Part shown: positions 17,484 through 26,182 of the stretch, piece by piece
How positions within the stretch are numbered: position 1 is the first letter of the stretch
Layout of the letters: each line of letters begins with the position of its first letter
IMG/VR virus record: IMGVR_UViG_3300022173_000189
Location: 6,829-70,828 of that record
Length of the DNA stretch: 64,000 nt
Direction: 5' to 3' (one strand)
From: a virus
Taxonomy: Duplodnaviria; Caudoviricetes
Made by a program: the position numbers and the translations under genes
Notes under the pieces: model-generated
The model's input: the letters and a program-made list of their open reading frames with translations, nothing else
Told to the model about the DNA's origin: nothing
Databases searched by the model: none

Positions 17484-18130
17484 TCGGAGAGGTAGAGCTT
17501 GAAGTCGATGCTCTTGCAGGTGAAGGATGCGCCATCGCCCTGACTGCTGAAGCCGCTGTAGGAAATCTCCGGCGAGTTGAAGCCTTTCTTCTCCAGCCGT
17601 GCCTTCCAGTCTTCGATGATGAACTCAGAGAAGTAGTTGTCGCCTGCGGACACATGGCGATACCAGTCACGCGCCCGCTCCTTGCTCCGGCCTTCCAACT
17701 CGTCGATCTGGTGACCACCGTCGTCGTCTCGCTTGCCGTCCTCATCGAAGGCGTATTCGTTGGCGCGGATGGTGTCGTCAACCTGTTCATCGGCGTTTTG
17801 GTAGTCGTACTCTGCCTCCAGCTCGCGGTAGATGGCGTTGTTGTACTCGATGACATCTTCGGACAGGTCCGCCGCCAGTGCGTCGCAGTCCTTCTCCACC
17901 GTCTCTTGCCAATACTCGTTCTGTTCTGCGCTCTCGAAGTTCAGGTCGATCTGATCGATGGCCGCATTGGTGGACCGCTGATGGACGTAGTGGTGGTTCC
18001 TGGTGACGGTGCCGGTGAGTTCAACACGCCCGCTTAGGATGAACCGCTTCAGGTCGTTAATGTCCGCGCCAAGGATCTCCGACTTGAAGTCTTCCTCATC
18101 ACTTTCAATCAGTCTGCGCGCTTTGCTCAT
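17402..18130 (-). CDS. Acidic protein with SGFxSQGDGAxF motif (apparently circularly permuted)
   Basis: IYRELEAEYDY..VDDTIRANEYAFDEDG precedes DELEGRSKERARDWYR..SGFSSQGDGASF. Confidence 0.8.
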   Translation of the reverse strand: MSKARRLIESDEEDFKSEILGADINDLKRFILSGRVELTGTVTRNHHYVHQRSTNAAIDQIDLNFESAEQNEYWQETVEKDCDALAADLSEDVIEYNNAIYRELEAEYDYQNADEQVDDTIRANEYAFDEDGKRDDDGGHQIDELEGRSKERARDWYRHVSAGDNYFSEFIIEDWKARLEKKGFNSPEISYSGFSSQGDGASFTCKSIDFKLYLSDYDPLKPDGSEGEEGAAVAAGGGGPAA

Positions 18131-18133
18131 GGC

Positions 18134-18391
18134 TTAACTAGCCAGTTGCTTGCGGAGCTTCCTGAAGATTTTGGGATAGGCGCTCTGATCGGGGAGGTCT
18201 TCGCGCCGTTCGAGGATGACCTTGGTCATAGGCCAGCGGTAGGTCTGGGCCATCGGGAGGTTCTTCTTGCGGAACTCATCTGACTCCTTCTGGGCGTCGG
18301 CCACGAGCTTGGCGTGGGCTTTCGCCGCCGCTTCGTCCACTGGTGGATTCAGCAGTTCGTCTATGCTATCGAGTTCGTCAGCAGAGAGCAT
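18134..18391 (-). CDS. Hypothetical protein
   Basis: 85-aa ORF. Confidence 0.6.
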   Translation of the reverse strand: MLSADELDSIDELLNPPVDEAAAKAHAKLVADAQKESDEFRKKNLPMAQTYRWPMTKVILERREDLPDQSAYPKIFRKLRKQLAS

Positions 18392-18432
18392 GAGGATGTG
18401 TACAACAGTCAGCGGAGAATCGCCATAACCAT

Positions 18433-20151
18433 TTACTTCGGTGGATGGATGATTGGCCGCACGAACTCATAGCCGTCAATGTCATGGAGCTTCCTGAACA
18501 TCGCGTTGCTGTTTCGTCGCATCGTGGGATGCTGGGAGTCAATGAAAAAGGTCACCTCGACCTCATTCGGGGGCACCGGCTTGGGCCGCACGAAGCGTCC
18601 AATCATCTGGTTGGCCACCTCGTAGTCCGCCACGTAGTCCGCGACCACTCCCGCCCGAATCTCATTGATGCTCACGCCCTCCTTGATGAGCGAGCTGATG
18701 AGCACCGGCCCGCCAGGCGCGGTCTTGAACCAGTCAATGGTTTCGTCCCGGTCGGCGGTCGCACCGTAGAGGCACTGGATGTTGTCCTCGGCCATGCCCG
18801 ACTCAATCAACATTGTCTCCAGGATCTCGATGTGGATGTTGCGCGTGCAGATGACCAGCGTTGGCAGCTTGCGATTCGAGTACCAGTTGGTCCACTCGAC
18901 GATGAGTTCGTTGCGCTCCTGGAACCGGACCACGGCCTGGTCGTAGAGCCGGTGGAGCAGGCAGTCCCGCGACTCCACCTTGTATTCCTTGCCGTCGATC
19001 TCGATGCGGTGAAGGCCCATCTCGGTCGCATTCTCCTTGGTGGAGACGACCTCGCCTGCCTCGGCGTCGAACGTGCGCCGGGTCTCCTGGATGATGCGGC
19101 CACGGGAATTCTTTTGGAAGATGGGGCCGAGGTAGATGCCCTTGGACCACTTGTCGCCGATCATGGCCCAGGCTGTGGAGTTTGGCGCGACCACATGGGG
19201 CACACCGTCGAACCTGTTCTTCCACGACTCGCGCTCGATCAAGTAGATGGTCGGGGTGGCCACGCGGCCCATGTCCACCATCGTGCGGAACTTCACTGTC
19301 TTGAGCTGCGGCCCCAGGAGGCCGATGATGGTGTAGTAGGCCGAAGGGTTGTTCTCCTTCAAACTGTCCGAGCAGCCCAGGCGGAAGTAGGCCGGGATGG
19401 CGCGCAGGATGTCCTGGCTGCTGGGCGAGCTGGCGTGATGGCTCTCGTCAAAGAGGATTCCACCAAACGTGTTGAACCACTCATCCTCCTTCAGCTCCTT
19501 GAAGTTGGTGCGGATCATCGAGAGCGTGGCCACCACCATGTCCGTTCCCGTGCAGTCCTTCTTGCCACCGCCGTACTGGGTGATGTCCCACGAAGGCAGG
19601 AACCGCTTCATCTCCTTGGCCGACTGCTTCACCAGCCGCTCGGTGTGTGTCACGTAGAGGAAGCGGCAGGACGGGTCGCCCTTCTTGATCATCGCAGCGG
19701 CTCCAGCCAGGAGCGCGGTCTTGCCGCCTGACACCGTGACCTTGTGAATGCCAATGCCCGCGTGCAACCAGGCCAGAATGCAGCCGCGCTGGTGGTCGTC
19801 CAGGGTGAGGTCGTTCAGCAGGTCCACCGGGATGTCTTCGAGGGTGGCCTCCTTGAAGTGCCGGGGCAGGAGCTTCTGCGTGTCGAACTCGATGTCGTTG
19901 AGGCGGCACATCTGCATCACCTCGTCGCGCCGTCCACGGTCCACGATGGCGCGGTGCGAGCCGATGACCTTCAGCGGTCTGGCCCAGCCATCCCAGCCGC
20001 TCTCGCCCTTGGTGTGCTCCCACTCCTTGAACGACGGGACGAAGAAGTAGCCGTTGGGCCGGTACTTGAACTTCTGCTCCAGCTTGCTCAGCTCGCTGGG
20101 ATAGTCCGAGATGAGCAGGAGCCGTGTGGCGTCTTCAATGAGGCTGATCAC
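18433..20151 (-). CDS. uvsW: UvsW-like SF2 DNA helicase
   Basis: FKYRPNGYFFVPSF..GWDG (UvsW N-terminus), VSGGKT, FDESHH, LIKEGVSI, QMIGRFVR; GTG start overlaps upstream stop. Confidence 0.88.
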   Translation of the reverse strand: MISLIEDATRLLLISDYPSELSKLEQKFKYRPNGYFFVPSFKEWEHTKGESGWDGWARPLKVIGSHRAIVDRGRRDEVMQMCRLNDIEFDTQKLLPRHFKEATLEDIPVDLLNDLTLDDHQRGCILAWLHAGIGIHKVTVSGGKTALLAGAAAMIKKGDPSCRFLYVTHTERLVKQSAKEMKRFLPSWDITQYGGGKKDCTGTDMVVATLSMIRTNFKELKEDEWFNTFGGILFDESHHASSPSSQDILRAIPAYFRLGCSDSLKENNPSAYYTIIGLLGPQLKTVKFRTMVDMGRVATPTIYLIERESWKNRFDGVPHVVAPNSTAWAMIGDKWSKGIYLGPIFQKNSRGRIIQETRRTFDAEAGEVVSTKENATEMGLHRIEIDGKEYKVESRDCLLHRLYDQAVVRFQERNELIVEWTNWYSNRKLPTLVICTRNIHIEILETMLIESGMAEDNIQCLYGATADRDETIDWFKTAPGGPVLISSLIKEGVSINEIRAGVVADYVADYEVANQMIGRFVRPKPVPPNEVEVTFFIDSQHPTMRRNSNAMFRKLHDIDGYEFVRPIIHPPK

Positions 20152-20417
20152 TTGCCTTGCCGGTTGAACTGAAGCTGGGTTCGTCCATAACGGAGCATCT
20201 GCCAGGACATGTTGATGAAGACCCTGAACAGCTTGCGCCGATGTTTCCAGGTGGGAGCCACGAAATCGAATCGGTGCTGGTGGCTGGGGACTGGACGCTG
20301 TGTCTTTCCCTTGGCTGTGCCCATGCTGGCGAACGCCTCGTCCGCTTTGGCAAAGGCTTCGTCTGCCTTCTCGAATGCCTCGTCCATAAGCTTTCGGGTC
20401 TTGTTGCTCATTTTCAT
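20148..20417 (-). CDS. Hypothetical protein
   Basis: 89 aa, DEAF repeats. Confidence 0.65.
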   Translation of the reverse strand: MKMSNKTRKLMDEAFEKADEAFAKADEAFASMGTAKGKTQRPVPSHQHRFDFVAPTWKHRRKLFRVFINMSWQMLRYGRTQLQFNRQGK

Positions 20418-20459
20418 TGACCGGCTTATTTAGATGTAAACAAGCCAAGGCTGCAAGAA

Positions 20460-21605
20460 CTAAGGGCGGCGAATCTCCTTCACCTTCTCAATGACATCGA
20501 AGGGGCTGATGCCTGCGAGCACTTCGCAGATGCTGCGGCCACCGGGACGGGGCGGGCAGTATTTCGGGAACGTGGCCGCGTAGCAGAAGCAGGGCGCGTG
20601 CGGGCAGAACTCCTTCGGCCAGATGGGCGCGTGGTTCGCGTAATACTTCACGCGGTTGACCGGCGAGACTGGACCCCAGAGACCGACGCAGGGCACGCTC
20701 AGGCACCCGGCGACGTGCGACATCATGGAGTCAGGCGCGACTACGACCTTGGCCAGCTCGGTGAGCGCCCACAGCTCGCGCAGGTTCTGCGTGGTGAAGG
20801 GCACCAGGTTGGTCAGCCCCATCTCCTTGATCTTCACTTCGAGCGTGTCCTTGTAGGCCGGAGGCACGAACTCGTCCCACAGTGCGTACCAGTGCAGGTC
20901 CGGGAATGCCTCGGCCAGCTTGATGGCCATGAAGACCGACTCGCTGGGCGGCAGGCACCGCACCGTGTTGGCCGCTGAGAGCTGGTAGATGGCAAAGGGC
21001 TTCTGCGCGTGCGCCTTCACGCTCATCGCCTCGGAGAAGGTGAAGTTCGGACGGACGACCTTCAGCTCGTTGGCGATGCTGGAGGGTTCGATGCCGATCT
21101 TCGTGAGCATCACGTCCAGCGGATGCTCCTGGTCCTGGTGCTCGTCGGTGTTGACGACCGTTTCAAAGCAGATGAAGTCGTCGAACATCTTCACGAACTC
21201 CCACGGGCAGGGCAGCATGTTGACCGTCTTGATCCAGGGAAAATTCCACCAGCACAGGTTGTTGCCGGGGTCGGTCAGGATGTGGATCTCGAAGCCAAAG
21301 GTGTGCAGCAGCCGGGCCAGCGGCCAGGTGACAATCTGGTCGCCGTAACCACCGGAGCCGTTGTAAAGCAGGATGCGGTGAGCCTTGGCCATCTTGCGCG
21401 CCGCGCTGATGTGGAAGTTGGCGATGCGATGCTCCGCCTTGCTCACCTTGTAGAGCCGGTCGTGGACCTGCTTGTCCTGCACGATGCGGTCGAGCTGCGC
21501 GTTGGCGATGAGATACTGTTTGCCCGCCTCGAACGTAATCGTCGCACCTCCAGCGGATTTGCGGAACGAAACTGAGAGCGGCTCAATAAATGTGGCGATG
21601 TTCAC
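20460..21605 (-). CDS. GT9-family (heptosyltransferase-like, GT-B) glycosyltransferase
   Basis: GGYGDQIV, VVAPDSMMSHVAGCLSVPCVGLWGP, Cys-rich C-terminus. Confidence 0.88.
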   Translation of the reverse strand: MNIATFIEPLSVSFRKSAGGATITFEAGKQYLIANAQLDRIVQDKQVHDRLYKVSKAEHRIANFHISAARKMAKAHRILLYNGSGGYGDQIVTWPLARLLHTFGFEIHILTDPGNNLCWWNFPWIKTVNMLPCPWEFVKMFDDFICFETVVNTDEHQDQEHPLDVMLTKIGIEPSSIANELKVVRPNFTFSEAMSVKAHAQKPFAIYQLSAANTVRCLPPSESVFMAIKLAEAFPDLHWYALWDEFVPPAYKDTLEVKIKEMGLTNLVPFTTQNLRELWALTELAKVVVAPDSMMSHVAGCLSVPCVGLWGPVSPVNRVKYYANHAPIWPKEFCPHAPCFCYAATFPKYCPPRPGGRSICEVLAGISPFDVIEKVKEIRRP

Positions 21606-21641
21606 AGCCCTAAGAACAAAGCACTCGCGTAGTTATCTCGA

Positions 21642-22163
21642 ATGAAACGCGATCTTGTGCCTCTGCCTGCGCCACCGCTCACCGAGAGCGAGCTGAAGAA
21701 AAAGAATGGGACGTACAACGCCTACACGTTGAGCCTGTCCTGGGGCCAGCTCCAGGTCATGGTTGCGGCGCTGGAGCGCGAGCATTCAGACCCGGTGTCG
21801 GACGAACTCCTGGCCGAGCTGAAGTGGATGCTCGAAAACGCGGTGCCCGGCCCTGGCGAGAGCGAGCAGGACATGAAGGCCCGCGAACAGGAAGAGGAGA
21901 ATGTCGCCGAGCTGGCCAGCGAAGAAGACAGTGATGACTTCCCCCTGCCCATGCCGCCCAGTCGTGACGACGAGGCGGGTGGTGCTGCGCCCGAAGGCGA
22001 CCTGGATGGGCCTCCAGGAGACGATCTTCCCGGTTCTCAAGGAGATGAGCCAAGTGCTGAAGAAGACACCGCGCCTCCAACTGAAGTCGAGAGCGAGGAG
22101 CCGGTCATGGCCGAATCCGTTCGGCAGAGAGCTGACAAGTGGCTGTCCAGCCCGCCCCGCTAA
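21642..22163 (+). CDS. Acidic low-complexity hypothetical protein
   Basis: 173 aa, D/E/P-rich C-half; TAGTTA 6 nt before ATG. Confidence 0.7.
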   Translation: MKRDLVPLPAPPLTESELKKKNGTYNAYTLSLSWGQLQVMVAALEREHSDPVSDELLAELKWMLENAVPGPGESEQDMKAREQEEENVAELASEEDSDDFPLPMPPSRDDEAGGAAPEGDLDGPPGDDLPGSQGDEPSAEEDTAPPTEVESEEPVMAESVRQRADKWLSSPPR

Positions 22164-22196
22164 CAGAGCCGCAGGGCCGGACCAAGAAAGTCCTGC

Positions 22197-22784
22197 GTGA
22201 GCAACGTCTCTATCATCACCGACACGGCGAAGGACTCGAACCTGAGAACGGTTCAGGACTACAACGCAGGCGTCTATTCCCATCTCGGCAGCGATTTCGA
22301 CGGGCATCGTGATGTCAAGATCCACACCGTCCCGTACACGGACAACCAGGGCGACATCGTGGGTTTGCAGACGCTGCGGCTGACGCTCACCGACACCGCC
22401 GCAGGCGACAGCTCCATCGTGCTGGCGCTGCCGGTCAACTCCACCGGCACCACGGTTGCCACCGCTGTCCCGCCCATCATCACGCGCCAGCCGACTGCGG
22501 CCAACCGCGAGATTGGCGATGCCTTCCAGTTCATCGTCAGTGCCATCTCGGACGTGGCCCTCACCTACCAGTGGCAGAAGAACAGCGTGAGCATCGCCGG
22601 AGCCGCCCAGCAGCGCCTGGTCTTCCCGTCGCTCGTCATCACCGACAGCGGCGCTTATCGCGTGGTGGTCGTCAACAGTAATGGAACGACGATCAGCAAC
22701 TCGGTCGTGCTGACGGTCACCAAGGCGACCAGCCGGGCGCGCACCACCTTGAGCAACCAGGACACGCTGCCCGCCGTGAAGTGA
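22197..22784 (+). CDS. Virion protein with I-set Ig-like domain
   Basis: PPIITRQP..LTYQWQKN..DSGAYRVVVVNSNG..SNSVVLTV. Confidence 0.85.
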   Translation: MSNVSIITDTAKDSNLRTVQDYNAGVYSHLGSDFDGHRDVKIHTVPYTDNQGDIVGLQTLRLTLTDTAAGDSSIVLALPVNSTGTTVATAVPPIITRQPTAANREIGDAFQFIVSAISDVALTYQWQKNSVSIAGAAQQRLVFPSLVITDSGAYRVVVVNSNGTTISNSVVLTVTKATSRARTTLSNQDTLPAVK

Positions 22785-22787
22785 CCT

Positions 22788-23753
22788 ATGGCCGACAAAT
22801 ACATCGTCACCCAGCAGGAGTTGAAGCCGATCAAGTCGGACTTGGCCGACCTCGCCGAGAACCTTGACACGCACGTCAGTGACACGCTCAGCAAGGCGCA
22901 CGGGATAAACCTCTTTCAAGGCCCAGGTCCGCTCGACCCTGGCAGCGGCGGCAACGACTACAGCCAGTATTTCGATTCCAACGGCGACTTGGTGGGCAGC
23001 CGCCAGATCCGCGTCATTGCCAACGGCACCACGGTCTATCTGCCCTGCAACCCGTCCACCCTGGACGGCCAGCCCGCAGGCACCGGAGCCATCGACACCG
23101 GCACGGCGGCTGAGAACGCCGCGCTGGCCGACCCTGGCCCGTCCAACTGGGTCACGGCGTTCGTGGAGGCGGCGGAACAGGAAGTCACCTCAGTCAGCGA
23201 GCTGCTCATCGCCCACAGTGGCGAGAGCCTGGAGAGCGTTCACGGCGGGATGGAGGTTCTGCCAAAGGAGTCGATTGACTCGCGGGGTCACGTCGTCGGC
23301 GACCGCGTGCTGACCATAGCCATTGGTGGTTTCAAGTACGAGATTCCAGCCTCCAGCCGAATTGGTGGTCCGTTGCAGGGGCCGCGTGGTGCGGTGCTCA
23401 GTCCGTCCGTGAAGGTGATCAGCATCGGCTCCGGGGACAGCAACAACACCAACGTGGACCTGACGGTCACGGCGGGTGGCACGGGGCCGCTCACCTACCA
23501 GTTCCAGTATCTCGCGCTGGGCGTCACCTGGACCAACATCACGCCAGGCACCAACGTCTCCGTCTTCTACGCGGGTGGCAACAGCCGCTACGCCATCACC
23601 TGGATCAGCACGGAGGTCAACATTCTGAAGATCGTCTCCATCCATCCGGGAAGCGATGACACGGACGTGACGTATGTGCGCTGCATTGTCTCGAATGACG
23701 GAGGCTCCGTCACCACGAACGAATGCAGGCTGACGCTGCGGGACAGCAGCTAG
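22788..23753 (+). CDS. Virion protein with internal repeat and C-terminal Ig-like domain
   Basis: GTGPLTYQFQ..VRCIVSNDGGSVTT; two H..H/DxxGxxVG repeats. Confidence 0.75.
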   Translation: MADKYIVTQQELKPIKSDLADLAENLDTHVSDTLSKAHGINLFQGPGPLDPGSGGNDYSQYFDSNGDLVGSRQIRVIANGTTVYLPCNPSTLDGQPAGTGAIDTGTAAENAALADPGPSNWVTAFVEAAEQEVTSVSELLIAHSGESLESVHGGMEVLPKESIDSRGHVVGDRVLTIAIGGFKYEIPASSRIGGPLQGPRGAVLSPSVKVISIGSGDSNNTNVDLTVTAGGTGPLTYQFQYLALGVTWTNITPGTNVSVFYAGGNSRYAITWISTEVNILKIVSIHPGSDDTDVTYVRCIVSNDGGSVTTNECRLTLRDSS

Positions 23754-23770
23754 TCAATACCGTTGACTAG
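23750..23770. terminator. Inverted repeat between convergent genes
   Basis: CTAGTCAA-TACCG-TTGACTAG. Confidence 0.45.
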
Positions 23771-23771
23771 G

Positions 23772-25067
23772 TTAAGTTGATTGTGCGCCGTTGAAGTTGA
23801 TGACGGCGCGCTGAGGAGTTCCACCCAGTCCCTTGATGACCCACTTGTCACTGCCGTTGGGCGTGCAGGTGAATCCATTGGTCTGGCTGGCCACGACCGG
23901 CTGGGTGCCGTTGGCTGCCACCGTGACGAAGATGCTCGAAGTGTCGTAGTCCACCCGTGCGCCGCTGGCGATCTTGGGCAGCGTGACGGTGCCGGAGCCG
24001 ACGAAGTTGAGGCGCATCGAACCGAAGAGCCAGGCCATCGTGCCCGTCTGGGAAGCGACCAGGATCTCGTTGAGGCTCGGCTTGTGCGTGCCGCTGGGCG
24101 CAATGGTCGTGGCATAGCCGTCAATGGAGGCCGTCTGCCAGTCACTGCCAGTGGCAATGGTGCCGGTGACGAGGTTGACCACGAAGTTGGCCGGAGTGCC
24201 AGGCGTCCCAGGAACGCCCTGCGTGCCCACGGCGGTGCCAGCAGACCCCTGTGCAACGATGTCCCAGTAGGGAGTGGTCGGCGGAGCGTTGGTGAAGTCA
24301 GCGGTGTGGCCGACCAGCACGATGGCGGACGACGTGACCGAGCCATTGCCCAGGACCGCGCTGGTGTAGCTGGCGACCTCCTTGGGAATATAGCTGCGAC
24401 CGAAAGTCCAGGTGCCCGTCCAGACCATGCCTGGAGAGCCTGCGCCGCCCGTGCCGGGCGTTCCCTGCAAACCGAGGCCACCTGTCATGCCTGGGTCGCC
24501 CCGGTCGCCCTTGACGATGGAACCGACCAGGAGCGTGCCTTCCGCGCCCAAGGGCCGGATGGTGAGCAGCACGCTGGCGGTTACGGTGAGCGTGCTGTCA
24601 CCACGGTTGCGGATGGCGATGATGAACTCACCAGCCTGCTGGAAGCTCACCCCACCGGAGATTTCACCGGAGGTCGAGGCCACCGAGACGCCCGTGGTCC
24701 CGCCGAAGCCTTCGGCGTAGTACACGTTGAGTTCAATGGCCGAGGACTTGGGCGTGGAGCCGATGGCCGCGTTCAACACGCGAGCCTCGAAGCCTGCCGG
24801 GATGCGAAAGTTGGCGACGATCTCCTCCACGCCAGGACCAACCACGGTGGGCTGGACCGGCAGGGGCACGATCTGCTCCTGGTTGTTGACCACCTCGATC
24901 AGCTCGTTGGTCTTGGCCGCGAGCAGATTGTCGCGCTCGGCCAGGTAGCGGGTGGGGTTGGCGAGGCCGGGCACGTTCTGCGCGTCGCCTTCGGAGAAGT
25001 GGCGTACGTCGCCCTGTCCGTAAGCCACGCCCGCTGCGTTTGGAATGTCGATGGGCTTGATTGCCAT
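23772..25067 (-). CDS. Tail fibre protein with collagen-like segment
   Basis: ANPTRYLAERDNLL fibre N-terminus; GDRGDPGMTGGLGLQGTPG; WTGTWTFGRSY..YWDIVAQG module. Confidence 0.8.
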   Translation of the reverse strand: MAIKPIDIPNAAGVAYGQGDVRHFSEGDAQNVPGLANPTRYLAERDNLLAAKTNELIEVVNNQEQIVPLPVQPTVVGPGVEEIVANFRIPAGFEARVLNAAIGSTPKSSAIELNVYYAEGFGGTTGVSVASTSGEISGGVSFQQAGEFIIAIRNRGDSTLTVTASVLLTIRPLGAEGTLLVGSIVKGDRGDPGMTGGLGLQGTPGTGGAGSPGMVWTGTWTFGRSYIPKEVASYTSAVLGNGSVTSSAIVLVGHTADFTNAPPTTPYWDIVAQGSAGTAVGTQGVPGTPGTPANFVVNLVTGTIATGSDWQTASIDGYATTIAPSGTHKPSLNEILVASQTGTMAWLFGSMRLNFVGSGTVTLPKIASGARVDYDTSSIFVTVAANGTQPVVASQTNGFTCTPNGSDKWVIKGLGGTPQRAVINFNGAQST

Positions 25068-25074
25068 AAGCTAA

Positions 25075-25458
25075 CTATGACGGGATGTCTTCTTGTTGGT
25101 CGAACCAGTGAAGCGACCGTGACTCGATGAACTTTTTGTACACCTTAAACTTGAAGTCCAGTCGGCTGTCCAGGTTGTAGATGCGGGTCGTTTTCTTGAC
25201 CTTCGACCCCTTGCCTTTGACGAAGCCCATGCGGATTTCCCGTGGTGGACGGCGCACAGGGACGATGACTCCGACGTGTCCCACCTTGATCTTTGCACCA
25301 GTGATGATGGCGTCTTCAAAGACCCGGACCATCACGTCGTAGAACTTGTCCGCCTGGGCGAATGGCACCCCAAGCTCCCGCTGAAACCGGGTGATGAAGT
25401 CTGGCTTGTTGATCGATTCGAGTTTTGGCACGGCGTCACCCGCGTCATGCGGATGCAA
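25075..25458 (-). CDS. HU/IHF-like DNA-binding protein
   Basis: ADKFYDVMVRVFEDAIITGAKIKVGHVGVIVPVRRPPR..FKFKV. Confidence 0.75.
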   Translation of the reverse strand: MHPHDAGDAVPKLESINKPDFITRFQRELGVPFAQADKFYDVMVRVFEDAIITGAKIKVGHVGVIVPVRRPPREIRMGFVKGKGSKVKKTTRIYNLDSRLDFKFKVYKKFIESRSLHWFDQQEDIPS

Positions 25459-26182
25459 AGCTAAGAACCGACTCGAAAGTCCTGCGGCTCAACTTTGATA
25501 CGAGAACCATCGAGACGATGACGGAGCGGTCCTCACCACGGATGATGCTGAGTCCCTGCACATCCACACGCGGCTCCCAGCGGCTGAGCGCCGCCGACAG
25601 CTCCTCTTCGATGATGCTCTCGATGGAGGCCGAGCTGTTCTCGAAGATCAGCTTGCGGATGTTGGTGCCGTACTCCGGTTCCATGAGGCGCTCGCCCTTG
25701 GCCGTGGTCAACAGCATCTTCACGCTGGACTCCAGGATGCGGATGTCCTCGCCGCTGTCGAAGGACCAGGTGGCCGCGTTGGGCGTTCCAGTGTCACGCG
25801 GCAGGATGGGGCCGTAGATGAGCGGCACCGTCTTGGCAGGCACCGGCACCGTGTCACGCACCGTCACCTGAAAGCGGGTCTGCGTCGTCTCCGGCTGCGG
25901 CCCGCGAAAGTTCTCGCCGTTGAGCGTGATGTAGTAACTGCCAGGCCGCAGCACGCGCTCACTGCTCACCGCCAGGGTGCCGCTGCCGGTGAACTCTTCC
26001 GGCACAGTGCCATCGTCCCAGTCCAGCGTGGCCTTCACGTTGGCCAGCGGCAGGTCCGCGTCGTCCTCGATCAGCCGTGCGCTCACGCCGACGACCGCGC
26101 CGACTCCGGTGGACGTGAGGATGCGCGGCCTTGGCACGGTGACCGCGATGTCCTGACCGTCAGAATCAAGCAGGAGGAGCAT
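25445..26182 (-). CDS. gp25-like baseplate wedge protein with N-terminal PKD-like domain
   Basis: SVKMLLTTAKGERLMEPEYGTNI..LIFE..ALSRWEPRV; N-terminal LDWDDG..PGSYYITL. Confidence 0.9.
   Translation of the reverse strand: MLLLLDSDGQDIAVTVPRPRILTSTGVGAVVGVSARLIEDDADLPLANVKATLDWDDGTVPEEFTGSGTLAVSSERVLRPGSYYITLNGENFRGPQPETTQTRFQVTVRDTVPVPAKTVPLIYGPILPRDTGTPNAATWSFDSGEDIRILESSVKMLLTTAKGERLMEPEYGTNIRKLIFENSSASIESIIEEELSAALSRWEPRVDVQGLSIIRGEDRSVIVSMVLVSKLSRRTFESVLSFASA

Noticed and set aside
18957-19210. Intein or intron in UvsW
   Set aside because: No C/S-start, HN-end or homing-endonuclease motifs; frame continuous and too short
20134-20151. MISLIE at the UvsW N-terminus as another capsid-targeting tag
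   Set aside because: It corresponds to the first beta-strand of UvsW and lacks the helical pattern; likely coincidental
18433-20448. 671-aa helicase including 99 extra N-terminal residues
   Set aside because: The extension overlaps ORF 20148-20417; GTG 20151 matches the UvsW start
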